Positions 24,751-38,043 of a stretch of DNA of 64,000 nucleotides are shown here, in pieces. Made by a program: the position numbers and the translations under genes. The stretch is from Cetorhinus maximus. Lineage: Eukaryota. The stretch lies in contig NC_135901.1 in NCBI RefSeq assembly GCF_964194155.1, positions 23,188,001 through 23,252,000 on the forward strand. Direction: 5' to 3'. Each line of letters opens with the position of its first letter. The first letter of the stretch is position 1. Below the pieces are notes generated by a model. That model did no database searches. It was not told the DNA's origin and saw only the letters and a list, made by a program, of their open reading frames with translations.

Positions 24751-25859
24751 AAAGCTCTTTCCACAGTCCATGCACTGGGACACTCTCACTCGGGTGCGTG
24801 TGTGTCTCTGTACTTTTCCAGTCACACTGATGTTTGAAATCTTTTCCGACAGACAGAACAGACAAACATTTCTCCTTCCACATTCAATGGCCAATGATAT
24901 TCAGGTCCTGATAAAAAGAGCGACTGTCAGATCTTGACATGATGTTTGATTTGAGATTTCTCTCTGCAAATCCTCCCATTCTAATATCCTGTAAAAGGAG
25001 TTCATAAAAGTCATCACTGTCAGTGCAGGATAGAAATTCAGAACAGATTATTCTAGTTTCTGTGGAACACTTTTTCCTCTGTCTTGTTTGCACCAAGCAT
25101 GTTGCCCAATCAAACTAAAAGAAATCAAAATCAGCAACATCCAACAAAAGCAAAGGGAACTTTCCCAGCTAAACCAGAATGTTGTTTCCAGTGTCTGAAA
25201 CACTCTGTACCCTGAGGTGCCCACCAGTTGTGGAATGTACCAAGCATCCCAGTGGACACTGCTCCCTCTCCAGGGCCACCTGAGCACAGACATGACCACG
25301 GAAAAGAGGTTGGTGGCCAGAGTGATTCCCACCCACCCCCCCTCCCCTCCCCTCCCTCCCCTGTATCTAACTTCTGTGTGTGAGATACTGTGAGTGAGAA
25401 GAGTGATTGAGATGTTGCGTTTAAACATCCAGGGCAAGAGTGTGACAATAAATAACCTGCTTTACTTTTAAAAATTACCAGAAAGCCTGCTGCTGGAATT
25501 TATTTTAAGTTAAGAAAAATCACTCAGAGGGTAAGGAAATGACACACAAACATCCTGATTATGGACTGGAAGAGACCACATAAATTCTGTCTGTAACAAT
25601 GAGAAGATCCTCTGACTTCCCCACCCGCAGCCCTCCACACTGGGTAGTCAAAGATTAGGAGCCTGGGGCTGAAGTGTAACCAAAAGTTGTGTAGCTCATT
25701 CCAGTAACTATACAGAGACTGCAACCTCTCACACTGAATATATACATGGCCTACGGACTCCTCTCGGCTGCAAACATCACCTGCAAACTGGGAGTGCGTG
25801 AAACTGTTTCAAAACCTGTTGCCCCCACCCCGCAAACAATTCCAAATAGCACTAGGACC

Positions 25860-26330
25860 CAATTGGGAACACAAATCCTTAAGCCCCGCCCACTCAGTTA
25901 CGTCACCAAGATGGCCACGCATGCACTCTACCCCCTTCAATCAAGATGGCGGCCGTAAACCTGGGCTTGTTCTCGGGAAATAGACTAAAAGCTGCAAACA
26001 CGGGAGTTGCAGGTCCGTATTAGAGATTTGAGGGCTTCACCAGGCGTTTAAAAACCCTCCCTGGCAACCCGCTGGCTCCATCGCTCCCTCTGCGTTTGCA
26101 TATTCTTACCGGCTGCAGATGACACAAAAGAGCGTCTCTTCCCATCGCTATCACTTGTGTTGCGCCTGCTCCCGGCACTGCGCCTGCGCACTGCTCTCCT
26201 GTGGTTTGGATAGGGGACCTTCACTACCGCTCGGAATGCTGGGTATAGACCCCGCCATCGAAAATTCAAATAAGTGAATAGTCATTTTTCGCTGTGATGT
26301 GGAGATTGGGGCGGGGTAGCGCAATGAATA
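25860..26330 (-). promoter_or_regulatory. Type-A ZNF promoter and first exon for the 23.6-kb gene
   Basis: TACCCAGCATTCCGAGCG (26245-26228), TGCGCAGGCGCA, donor CCG|GTAAGA at 26109, YY1-like AAGATGGCGGC ~25944. Confidence 0.7.
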
Positions 26331-26919
26331 AAATTCGGAATAAATCCCACTGCATTTCTGTTTCTGGCCACCGCATCTTTCCATCTGGTCTTAGACCTTC
26401 CTCTTCTCCTTCTTCCTGACAATCCTGTGTCCATCACTCACCTCACCTCCTTTCCTCTCTCCCCACAACGGATGATCAGGCCATTTCAATCTCTTCTCAG
26501 CTACTCCCTTTGATGTTTCCACGATCTTCACTGACCCCTTAATGCACTGGTTCCTGATCTTGTCCTTTCTTATCACTCCACGCATCCATCTCAATATCTG
26601 TATCTCATTAGGATCCAGGCGTTGTTCTTCTCTTCTTGAGATTACCCAAGTTTCTGCTCTGTACAACAAGGCTGGTCTCAACTGTCCTGTAGATTCTTCC
26701 TTTTCAATTTCAGTGACGATTTTCTATCACATCATACTGCACCGCACTTCTTCCAATTACTCCAACCAGAGCTAATCCATTTCTTAATTTCTGTACTTCC
26801 ATCTCCTGCCATCACTGACACCAGACACTTGAAGCTACTCACATTCTCCAAGTCTTTGCCCCTAATCTTTACACCTTCACTCTGATTCTCTTCCCTAGAC
26901 TCGAACTGACAGTCCATAG

Positions 26920-27090
26920 ATAAAAGCAAAATACTGTGGATGCTAGAAATCTGAAACAAAAACAGGAAATGCTGGAAAAACTCAGCAGTAGACCTCAGCA
27001 GTAAAATCTCAGCAGCTAGACGCAGCATCTGTGGAGAGAGAAACAGAGTTAATGTTTCAAACCCGTATGACCCTTCTTCAGAGCTCTTCT
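26920..27090 (-). mobile_element. Penelope-derived short element with hammerhead-like motif
   Basis: Minus strand CTGAAGAAGGGTCATACGGGTTTGAAACATTAACT. Confidence 0.75.
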
Positions 27091-27111
27091 GACAGACCAT
27101 AGATTGGGTCT

Positions 27112-27320
27112 TTGGTTTACCAATGTCCTTTAGGAAAGGAAATCTGCTGTCCTTACCCAGTCTGGCCTACATGTGACTCCAGTCCCACAGCAATGTGGTT
27201 GACTCTTAACAGCCCTCTGCAATGGCCGAGCAAGTCAATCAGTTCAAAGGCAATTAGGGATGGGCAACAAATGCTGGTCTTGTCAGTGACTCCCACATCC
27301 CATGAAAGAATAAAAACAAA
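27112..27320 (+). mobile_element. tRNA-SINE 3' half sharing the LINE-B tail
   Basis: Matches 61580-61890; ends GGCAATTAGGGATGGGCAAC..CCCACATCCCATGAAAGAATAAAAA. Confidence 0.75.
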
Positions 27321-27384
27321 ACTAATCTTTATACCTGTGTCTTCCAGTGCATTTCTCCAGTTCTCCAGATATTGTTACCAACAT

Positions 27385-28300
27385 ATGAATTAGGGGTAGG
27401 AGTAGGCCACTCAGCCCATCGAGCCTACTCTGCCATTCAATAAGATTATGGCCGATCTGAATGTAACCTCACCTCCACATTCCCGCCTACACAACTGCCC
27501 CCCGCCACCCCACCGATAACCTGTCACCCTCTTGTTAATCAAGAATCTATCTAACTCTCCCTTAAAAATATTCAAAGACTCTGCTTCCACTGCATTTAGA
27601 GGAAGAGAGTTCCAAAGACTGACTACCCTCTAAGAGAAAAAAATTCTCCTAATCTCTGTCTTAAATGAGCGACCCCTTATTTTTAAACAGTGACATCTAG
27701 TTCTAGAGTCTCCCACAATAGGAAACATCCTTCCACATCCATCCTGTCGACACCCCTCAGGATCCTGCACGTTTCAATCAAGTCACCTCTTACTCTTCTG
27801 AACTCCAGCGGATACAAGCCTACTCTGTCCAATCTTTCCTTATACGACGACCTGCCAATTCCAGGTATTAATCCAGCAAACCTTCTCTGAACTGCTTCCA
27901 TTTACATCTTTCCTTAAAAAGAAGACCAATACTACACACAGTACTCCAGATGTGGTATCACCAGTGCCCTGTATAATTTGAAAATAACCTCCCTACTTTT
28001 GTATTCAATTCCCCAAGCAATAAACAATAACATTCTATTAGCTTTCCTAATTGATTGCTGTACCTGCTTATTAACCTTATGCGATTCATGCACTAGGGCA
28101 CCCAGATCCCTGTGCATCGCAGAGCTCTGCAATCTCTCACCATTTAGATAATATGCTGCTTTTTGCTCTTCCTGCCAAAAGGGACAATTTCACATTTTCC
28201 CACATTATATTCCATTTGCCAGATCGTTGCCCACTCACTTAACCTAACTAAATCCCTTTGTAACCTCCTTATGTCTTCCTCACAACTTACTTTCCTAAGT
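27385..28300 (-). mobile_element. CR1 3' portion
   Basis: PHLEYCV and EAVQRRFAGLIPG..YKERLDRVGLYPLEFRR. Confidence 0.9.
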
Positions 28301-28699
28301 ACTCAGTCATATTCTCATCATCCTCACGACATTGCTCAATATCATCTGCAAATATCATTGATCATGGCATTTCCTGCCATACTTGCTCAGTTAGAACATC
28401 CGTGGCCATCAGGAAGAGGAAGGGGTTCAGTGTCCACCCTTGATGCAATTCAACTTTGACTTTGAAACTCTCTCTCTGTCCCCACACTGCTTCTTACTCT
28501 TGCCTGGCACTCCTTGGACATGTCCTGTATTAGTCGTACATACTCCTCAGGGACTCCATGAATTCTAACACATCTCCAGACTTCCTCCCTGGGCACCCGA
28601 TCATAAGCCTTCTGTAGATCAATGAATACAGTCTTCATGTTGCAATGAATTTCCAGATATTTCTCCAACGCTAGTCTTAAAACAGAAATAGCATTGGGA

Positions 28700-29430
28700 T
28701 ATGTTTCTACCGATGTTAAGAAGCTCTAGCCCAGTTATATGTGTTAATATTCTGGATAAAAGTCAAATAAATCAACTTTTTGTTAAACAGAGTGACGAGT
28801 CATTTAAGTATCCCTAATACAAGTCTATTCCTTTAGAAATGTTCTCCCTCTCCCCTGTCTTCTCCATCCTCACCTCTAACAACAGAGGAGCTTATGGACT
28901 TCTTTGTCTCTAAGATTGTGACAATCTGATCAGCTGCCTCTGCTGCTTCCCTTCATTCCATTAGTTCACTGGGCTAAATTTCCTCTAACGATCTGACCAG
29001 CCCGAGCCCTGAACTCACATCTTTCTTTAGTTTCTCTCCTATATCCTCTTATCCTCTCACAAGCTCATCTTATCCATGAGACCCAGCTTCATCTCTATTC
29101 ACCCTATTCCCACTGGACTGCTGTCCACGCAGGAGAGTTTTGGACGAGAGTAAGTTTATGCAGGGTGGAAGGTGGAAGACCAGGCAGGAGAGCAGTGGAA
29201 TAGTCGAATCTGGAAGTAACAATGATGTGGATGAGCAGCAAATGAGTTGGCGTGGCATGGAGACAACAGATATAGAGGTGGAAGGAGGTGATCTTCGTGA
29301 TAGAGAGGATAAGTCATCGATAACTCAGCCCTCAGCTCAGGGTCAGGTCGGAAACTAAGGTTGCAATGGGTCTGGTTTAGCCTCAGAATGTGGCAGGGAG
29401 AGGGATGGACTTGGTGGTGAGAGTAACTGA
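28700..29430. other. Orphan ZNF 3'-UTR/polyA remnant (28700-28800) followed by L2 fragments
   Basis: TAATATTCTGGATAAAAGTCAAATAAATCAAC followed by the same L2 junction as at 59450-59850. Confidence 0.65.
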
Positions 29431-29819
29431 CCCTATGATGGTGGGTTTTTACAGGCCTGAGCATTAATCCACCTCCTGGGCCGCAGCTGTACAGACCTGT
29501 GCATTAACCAACCTCTGCCACGTAGGATTACATTACAGTAACAGGCCTCTCATTCCAATCTCGATCTGTCGATAAAAATGTCTGTTCACCAATTGGGCTT
29601 TCAATGATGCTGTTACAATCCATAATGTCCATGTGGCAGAATATGCTCCATCAATGACTGCAGAGCCCAGTGTGATTACGCAGTACTGGGTTGTACTCTG
29701 AACATGTGCAGTACAAGTGATGGATAGCTGATCAGGAGCCAGTAGGTGATGACATTGAATTACAGAGAATATCGAGTCTGGAAACACTATTTGGTACAAT
29801 GATTATCTTCAATGAATTT

Positions 29820-30780
29820 CCTTCCATTCCATCTCCCTCACCTCAGCCTTTCAGCTTCTCTTTCTAATTTCCTTTCTCTCATGTACTCATCTAGTTTCCT
29901 TTGAAAGCATCTAAGTTATTTCACCTCAACCACTTCCTGTGGTAGTGAATTTCACATTCTAGCTATTCTCTGAGTAAAGACATTTTCCTGTTGGGCTTAT
30001 TTTCCTCTTGGGCTTATTAGGAACTATCTTGTACATATGGTCCTGGTTTTTGATTCTCCCCTACGTGGAAACATTGGCTCCACTTTTACCCCGTACAACC
30101 CATTCATAGTTTAAAGAATCCTCTGGCAGGTCACCTCTAAGTCTTCATTTTTCTAAAGAAAAAAGCCCTATCCTGTTACTTTTTTTCTAAATAACTGTAA
30201 TCGCTTTGTTATGATATCATCCTTACAAATCCTTCTTGCACAAGCTCCCATGCTTATTGGACTTTTTAATTGTATGGAGACCAGAACTGCCTGCATGGTC
30301 CTAAACAAATTGAATATTATTTCATTGTTTCTTAATTTTGTACCCCTGGAAATACATCCGGGTCTTTTGTGAGCATTTTTAATTGATTTGCTGACTTACA
30401 GTAATGTTTGTCATTATTCATCTGTTTCCCGAGATTGCACTGCTCTTCTTCTCCATTCAGTTTCTTATTCTCTAAGGTCTAGGTAATGTTTGTATTTTTG
30501 CTCCCAAGGTATATCATTGCATATTACACGAATATATGGGCAAGGAGCAGGAGTCGGCCATTTAGCCCCTCGTTGTTGAAGTTCATTTGCCACTTAACTG
30601 CCAGTCTGCAGGTGTTCTAATGTCTTCTTGTATTATGTTGCATTTTTCCTCAGTGTTAGAAATGCTGTTTGATATCAGCTACGAATATTTTCATTGTTCC
30701 CAAGTCCCCGTCATCCGTGTAAATTATGAATAACAGTGTTGGATCACCACTTTGAATCTTCTTCCAATCTGAAATTGTGG
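29820..30780 (-). mobile_element. Old, highly decayed CR1-like fragment
   Basis: Residual similarity to CR1 3' ORF2 (TATGGAGACCAGAACTGC, GAAGTTCATTTGCCAC). Confidence 0.5.
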
Positions 30781-30999
30781 GTGGATGTGGCGGTGATTGC
30801 ATAGATTGCATCAGGGAGGAGGGTCCAGACATTCGGGTTTCTACATAATGTAAGCGTTTATTTTTTGTATTCTGCCTGTAGCAACGATCTTAATTGGAAT
30901 GCCGAAGCATTACATTCTCTGCCCGCAATTCAATCTATCAATGGCAGCTTATTTACCCTGAACACCCCGCGCTTCAGAAAGTCCCCTATCAATGCCTGT

Positions 31000-31640
31000 A
31001 GGAGTCCAGTGCGCAGGTGCAGTGTGGGTGTGCGCTCTGAGCATGCTCAGTGTCAGTCATGGTGACAGAGTGAGGAGGAGCTGACGGTTCGGGAAGCGGG
31101 AGGAGATTGTGAGCACAGGGTAGGAATGGAAACCGCGGCTGGCCTGGGAACTGGATCAACTTCTGGGGTAGGCCCCAGGCCTCGTGTTTACCCCGCGGTG
31201 ACAGGCCCGGGGTCAGCGGGCTCACTGGCCGCCATCTTGCGAGTGGGAGTAAGGGCGGATCCGGGAGGCGGGGCTTCCTCCCCGGTGACAGACCCGGGTC
31301 ACAGAAACAAAACTTGCTGGAAAAACTCAGCAGGTCTGACAGCATCTGGGGAGAGAGACAGAGTTAACGTTTCGAGTCCATATGATTCTTCTTCAGAATT
31401 GAAGAGAAGTATAAATGTGGTGAAATATATACTGTTTAAGGGGGAGGGGGGTGGGGTGGTGGGAATAGGTAAAGCTGGATAGAAGACCAGTGATAGGTGG
31501 AGACAAAGGAGAGTCAACTTACCCAGGCCGCCGCCATCTTGGGAGAGGGAGGCGGGGCTTGTTCAGAGAGTGGGGCTCTTGGGCGGCCATCTTTGTGAGG
31601 GAAGCGGCAGTGGGCGGGGTTTCAGGGACCCACAGGTCTG
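31000..31640 (+). promoter_or_regulatory. Paralog of the 0.7-1.1 kb promoter, rearranged and interrupted by a Penelope end (31300-31519)
   Basis: 31007-31212 near-identical to 885-1080; YY1 blocks occur in reversed orientation. Confidence 0.7.
31300..31519 (-). mobile_element. Penelope terminal fragment with hammerhead motif
   Basis: Colinear with 50990-51200; minus strand CTGAAGAAGAATCATATGGACTCGAAACGTTAACT. Confidence 0.8.
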
Positions 31641-31984
31641 TGGAGCATTGTCAGATGGACTTCACTTCCCCAGAGAGCAGTGAAGGCTGGGTCATTGCAC
31701 ATTTTCGAGGCTGAGTTGGTTGCACTGATTTTTGATCCACAAGGCAGTCATGGGTTAATGGGTGCGAGGAGAAATGTGGAGTGAAGGCCAGAATAAAATC
31801 AGCTGTGATCTTATTGAGCCGAATTGACGGGCCGAATAGCCTCTGCTGCTCTTATTTCTTATGATCTTATGAAGTTGGGGCCGCTTCAGCGAGCGGAGTG
31901 CATGTTTGGCCACCTTATTGGGGAACAGAGTTGGTGGAACTTCAGCATCCCAGTCATCAGGAGATAAGGAGGGAGAGTATGTGG

Positions 31985-32075
31985 GACACGGAGACACCAG
32001 AGAATTCACGAGTGTCTGCAGGAGTTGGATTCTGCTGTTTTTGCTGCTGTTAGTCACATCCAGGACTGAACCTCT
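31985..32075 (+). pseudogene. ZNF terminal remnant (last HQRIH plus 3' UTR start)
   Basis: GAGACACCAGAGAATTCACGAG..CTGCAGGAGTTGGATTCTGCTG..CACATCCAGGACTGAA. Confidence 0.7.
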
Positions 32076-32208
32076 GTATTAATCCTGAGGTGTGTAAGAA
32101 ATGTGTCCCAGCCGCTCTCTTCCATAGCTCAGAGCTCCAGGCACGAAACAGAAGGCCCCTTTACAACTGTATTTGGAGTCAAGAAGAGCAATTGTGATTG
32201 CTGGAAAC

Positions 32209-33075
32209 TGTAAGATTTTAGTCCAGGAGTCACAGATTACCCAAAAAGAGGCAACATTTAGATATGCTACATCCGCTAAATATTCAGAAAAGACACACAA
32301 CCTATAACAGCTGAGAATGGTTTACCGATCCTGATCTCCATGGCTGGAGGTGACAGTCTCCTCGGAATGGTTTACTGGTCCTGGATCAGGGGGATGCTGA
32401 TCTCCATGGCTGGAGGTGACAGTCTCCTCGGAATGGTTTACTGGTCCTGGATCAGGGGGGATGCTGATCTCCATGGCTGGAGGTGACAGTCTCCTCGGAA
32501 TGGTTTACTGGTCCCGGATCAGGGGGGATGCTGATCTCCATGGCTGGAGGGGACAGTCTCCTCGGAATGGTTTACTGGTCCCGGATCAGGGGGATGCTGA
32601 TCTCCGTGGCTGGAGGTGGCAATCTCCCTGGGATGGTTTACTGGTCCTGGATTGGATGATCGAACAGATGAAGCTGATCTCTGCAGCTGGATGTGGCAGC
32701 CTCTTCTGTTCTCATTCTTCTGGATCTAGTCCAAGTGTTTGGTGTTAATCTGAAGCCAGATCATTATGGATCAGTTTGAAAAAATCTTTCCTGTTCAAAG
32801 TGATGTTCCCTCTCAAGCCTGTTTAAACTTCACTCAGACAGTTGGTTTACATGTGGGTCATCAGATCTAACTTGATCAGGGTTAGAGATCTCTTGTTTCA
32901 GGGACATTGATAGAGAGATGTCCTTGGTAGAGATCACAGGCCTGTCCTGTGTTTGTCACCAAACAAGCTGCTGTGGAAACTTTCTTCATAGCAGAGCGTA
33001 CGAGAGCTGTTTCTATTAATGTTCAATGAATTTCTTCACATCTCATGAAGATTATTAGATGGTGATATTTTTACC
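32209..33075 (-). mobile_element. LTR paralog (solo-like) with 66/67-bp VNTR at 32312-32700
   Basis: Minus strand ends GTGACTCCTGGACTAAAATCTTACA; 5' part aligns to 13369-13630. Confidence 0.85.
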
Positions 33076-34902
33076 AAATATGCTGTCAAATTAGAAATTG
33101 GTGTGAAACTGTGATCTGCTCCTGACTGAAAGTGAAGTTCAGTCTGAAGGTTTGCAAGTGTTTATGTGACATTTCGGAGTCTCCCAATGTAAGGCAGTGA
33201 CAACAACAACTTGGATTTACCCTTGAACAGATTAAAATGTCCCAAGACCCTTCACAGATAGCCTGAATCTCTGGATTACTGCTCCAGTGATATTACCACT
33301 ACACTACAGTCTCCCTATTCGGAGGAGCACAGGGATGTCGTCGGGCTGGACAGGGTTCCAGAGACTGTCTGTCATGGAGAGAGTGGATGCCTCCATGGAG
33401 ATTCAACAGCAGCTCTGAAATGGGTCCATGCAGGCCATGACCACGGCCGTGTAGGAGATATCTGTTGTCTTAATCAGGATGACAGATATTGTATCCCTGA
33501 TCTTACAACACGTCACTGATCTCCACCAAGCTGGTCTGCAGCAGAATGGGAGGAATGATGTGGCGCTGGTCCAGGAGAGGGATGATGGAGAAAAGAGACA
33601 CAGAAGTGGGAACTCCGGTCAAAGTGCTCCCACTTTTCACCTGTTGCCCCACAAAGCCCCCATCTCCCGACATGCTGCCCCATCTCCCACGTGCTGAACT
33701 TGCCCCTGTACAGATACAGGTGGATCAGTCTTTGCCAGGATCCTGAGGGGCTCTGAAACCCAGAGGGTGGAGACCACAAGCCTCTTGGTAGTGAGAGCAG
33801 GGATCTGAGCAGCCTGTCTCTCCCTCTGCTGAAACCATGAAGAAGCAATAGGAAGGGTCTGGGCCATAAATTGTAATTCACCAAGGGTGTGCACATAGGG
33901 GTTTGACAAAATATTAAGTTTCCTTTTTAAATAATGACACAGAAAATGTATTGATTGGAACCACTTCCAGCTCTTGTCCATTCTGATATCCCGAGGGCCA
34001 GCTCACCCTCTCGCTGGGTTCGTGCTGAATGTCAATCCAGGCTGGGTGCCATTGGGTGGATGTGCAATGGGTGGATGAGTGGGTGAAGGAATGTTCAGTG
34101 AACAGGGAGGTGGAGGGGGGTGTTGGTGCTGGTGGGAAGTGTTCATTCTGAAGGAGTCCTACCTGAAACAGTGACCATTCATTTATCACTTTGAAATGAT
34201 CGGCCTGCTGTGTATTTCCCAATTTTCGTCCTTTCCAGTTTTTCAGTATTTGTATTTTTAAAAAAAATTTACTCAAACACATTCTTGTTGTAACACTGAA
34301 ATCCAGAAAGTTTGAAATCTATTGAAGTCAATCCCCAGGAGAGCTCAACTGGTCCTAACTTTTTATGGTATCAATAAAAAAAGATGTTACAAAATGTCTG
34401 TAGGAAGAATTATTTTTATCTGAGACTAGGGACCGTCAAACTATGTCCCAACGTTCAGATTTGGGTCTTGAGCCTGGGCTATCGAGCCCACATACATGGA
34501 GCACCATTACCCAATGTCCTTCATCCCCGATTTTAACTTCTGCACCATTGGCGCCTTCAGGGGCCTGGACACTAAGCTCTGGAATTTCCTCCTGAAACCT
34601 CTCCACCTTTCTACTTCACTTTCCTCCTTTCAGACCTCTTTGACCAAGGACAGAGGGTTTGTTATTTTGAGGAGGGGGTGATGATGGTGGATTTGAAAGT
34701 GAGCAAGCCAGCACCTGAAGAGAGAGAACTGTTAACGATATCAGCGCAAACATAGAGAATGCGCATGATCAGCAGTTTCGTGAGAATATGGCCAATGGAA
34801 CAGGAGGTGGATCTAACAGAGAAAATGAGCACTGAGCGGAGATGATTGGAGATGGGAGAGAAACTAAAGAAATGTACAGGATAAGGGCTCTGGAAAGAAT
34901 AA

Positions 34903-37655
34903 CAACATAAGAAATAGGAACAGGAGTAGACCATTCAGACCCTCTAGCCTGCTCCGCCATTCAATAAGATCATGGCTGATCTTCTTGTGCTTCGATTTCC
35001 ACATTCCCACCTAACCCCGATAACCTTTGATTCCCTTGCCTAACAAGAATCTATCTACCTCTGCCTTAAAAATATTCAATGACCCTGCCTCCACCACCTT
35101 CTGAGGCAGAGAGCTCCAAAGTCTCACAACCCTCTGAGAGAAAAAAATTGCTCCTCCTCTCTGTCCTAAAAATGCGACCCCTAATTTTAAAACAGTGCCC
35201 GCTAGTTTTGGACTCACCCACAAGAGGAAACATCCTTTCAACATCTACCTTATCAAGGCCATTCAGGATCTTGTATACTTCAATAAAATCACCCCTCACT
35301 CTTCTAAATTCCAGTGGAAACAAGCCCAGTCTGTTCAACCTTTCCTCGTAAGACAACCCACTCATTCCAGGTATCAATCTAGTAAACCTCCTTTGAACAG
35401 CCTCCAATGTATTTATATCCTTCCTTAAATAAGGAGACCAAAACTGCACACAGCATTTGAGATGCAGTTTCACCAATGCCTTGTATAACTTAAGCATAAC
35501 ATCCTTATTTTCATGTTCAATCCCCCTCATAATAAAGGATAGCATTCCATTAGCCTTCTTAATTACTTACCACACCTGCATACTAATTTTTTGTGACTCA
35601 TGTACTAGAATACTTAGATCCCTCTGCATCTCAAAATTATGCAGCCGTTCTCCATTTAAGTAACACTGTGATTTTTTGTTCTTCCTGCCAAAATGAACAA
35701 CTTCACATTTTCACATATTACACTCCATTTGCCAAATCTTTGCCCACTCACTGAACCTATCTATATCCATCTGCAACCTCCTTAAGTCCTCTTCACAATA
35801 TACTTTCCGACCTATCTTTGTGTCATCTGCAAATTTAGTTACCATCTCTCCACTCCCCACATCTAATTTATCTAAGTAAATCATAAAAAGTTGAGGCCCC
35901 GAGTACAGATGCCTGTGGGACTCCACTCGCCACATCCTGCCAATCAAAAAATGACCCATTTATGTATACTCTCTGCTTTCTGCCAGCCAGCCAGCCAATC
36001 TTCTATCTATGCTAATATGTTACTCCCTACACCATACACTTTTATTTTCCATAATAAGCTTTGATGTGGTACCTTATCAAATGCCTTGTGGAAATCCAAG
36101 TACAGTACATTTACAGGCTCCCCTTTATCCACTGCGCATGTTACTCCTTCAAAAACTCCAATAAATTGGTTAAACATGATTTTCCTTTCACAAAACCATG
36201 CTGACTCTTCCCGATTGCCTTGAGCTCTTCTAAGTGCCCAGCTATAATCTCCTCAATGACCAATTGCAATAACTTCCCCACAACAGACATCAAGCCAACT
36301 GGCCTATAGTTTCCTATTTTCTGACTTCCTCCCTTCTTGAATAGAGCGGTGATATTTGCTACTTTCCAATCTGATGGAGCCTTTCCAGAATGTCGTGAAT
36401 TTTGGAAAATTAACACCAGTGCATCACCTACATCATTAACAACCTCCTTTAAGACCCTAAGATGTCATCCATCGGGACCCGGAGATCTGCAGCCCCAACA
36501 ATTTGGTCAATATCATTTCCCCAGTGATTTCAATTTCACCAAGTTCCTTTCTCCCGTCCACCTCTTGATTTGCAGCTGTTGCTGGAATGCTTTTTGTATC
36601 CCCTATAGTGAACACAGAAGCAAAATATGTGTTCATTTCCTCCACCATTTCCTTCTTTATTATCTACCATTAACTCCCCACTGTCACTCTCTGGAGAACG
36701 AACACTCACTTTACTTACTCTTTTACTTTTTAAGTACCTGTAGAAACTCTTGCTACCAGTTTTCAAATTTCTATCTAGCTTCCTCTCATACTCTAATTCC
36801 TTTCTCTTGATTAACCTTTTAGCCATTATCTGCCATTCTATATATTCTGTTCAATCATCTGTCCTGCCACTCAACTTTGTGGAGTTCCCTGCTTTTTTCT
36901 TAAGTTTGATGCTTTCCTTAACTTCTTTAGTTAACCACAGATGGTGGGTCCTCCCCTTAGAATTTTTCTTAATAGTAGGAATGTACTTATTCTGAATACT
37001 CTGAATTATCTCCTTAAGTGTCTGCCACTGTTTCTCTATTGATTTATCGTTTAGCCTGGTTTCCCAGTTCACTTCAGATAGCTTAGCTTTTATCCCCACA
37101 TAGTTGCCCTTATTTAAGGTACTAGTCTTAGACCCACTCTTCTCCTTTTCAAACTGGATGTAAAATTCAATTATATTGTGGTCGCTGCTACCCAGGGGTG
37201 CCCTTACTCTGAGGTAATTAATTAATCCTGTCATGTTACACATTACTAAGTCTAATATAACCTGCTCTTGGTTGGTTCTCTAAGAAACAATCTCAAAAGC
37301 ATTCTAAGAACTCCTCATCCAGGCTACTATTCCCAATCTGATTTTTCCAGTTTATGTGTAAATTAAAATCACCCATGATTATTGCCATCCCTTTATCACA
37401 AACATACAAAATTTCCTCTTCAATACTTTGTCCTATACTGTGGCTACTGTTAGGGGGCCTGTAGTCCACACCCACTAATTACTTTTTCCACCAACGATTC
37501 CTCATCTCCACCCAAACTGATTCTACATCCTGAACTCCTGAACCAAGGTCATCTCTAACTATTGCACCAATGCCCTCTTTGATTAACAGTGCTACCCCCC
37601 CTCGCCTTTACCTAGCTTCCTATTCTTCTTGAATGTCATGTACCCTACAATATTA
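34903..37655 (-). mobile_element. CR1 LINE ORF2 (APE + RT), 5'-truncated and decayed
   Basis: YRPPNS, GDFN, GSSDHN, NYRPVGL, KFADDTK, VQRRFTRLIPG motifs across several broken ORFs. Confidence 0.93.
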
Positions 37656-38043
37656 GTATATATTTATCACAAAGCACACAATATTTTCTCTTGAATACTT
37701 TGTCCTACACTATGGATGAAATTTGAAGGCAGTTCAGCCTGATGGGTTAGTGGGAGGGAAGCAGCTGATTGGATTGTTTCGATCTTAGTGACAAAGAAGC
37801 TCAATGAGCTCCTCACAGTTGTTGTTGGAGGTGAGGACACAGCGGAGAGGGAGAACACTTCAAAAAGAATTAATGTGTTAAAAATATTAAAAACATTCAA
37901 GATGCTGTGTGTTTAGTACAAAAATGATTTATTTGCATTTTATCCAGAATATTTGTCTCTATAACTGGCTGGAGATTGTTAACATCAGCAGAAACAGACC
38001 CCAATGAACATGGTTCAGTCCTGGTTGTGATTAACAGCAAAAT

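Larger units (their letters stand above)
26385..28690 (-). mobile_element. RTE-clade LINE remnant split by later insertions
   Basis: RPALLYRAETW..LRWMRGV..DKIRN..EKRLKW (26391-26681) and VFIDLQKAYDRVPREEVWRC (28450-28668). Confidence 0.8.

Noticed and set aside
25190-25520. Possible second LTR-like element in the 23.6-kb gene intron
   Set aside because: AATAAA is present but there are no clear TG..CA termini, TSD or second copy.
29440-29820. Unique-looking stretch with an 88-aa ORF
   Set aside because: No motif or homology visible by eye.
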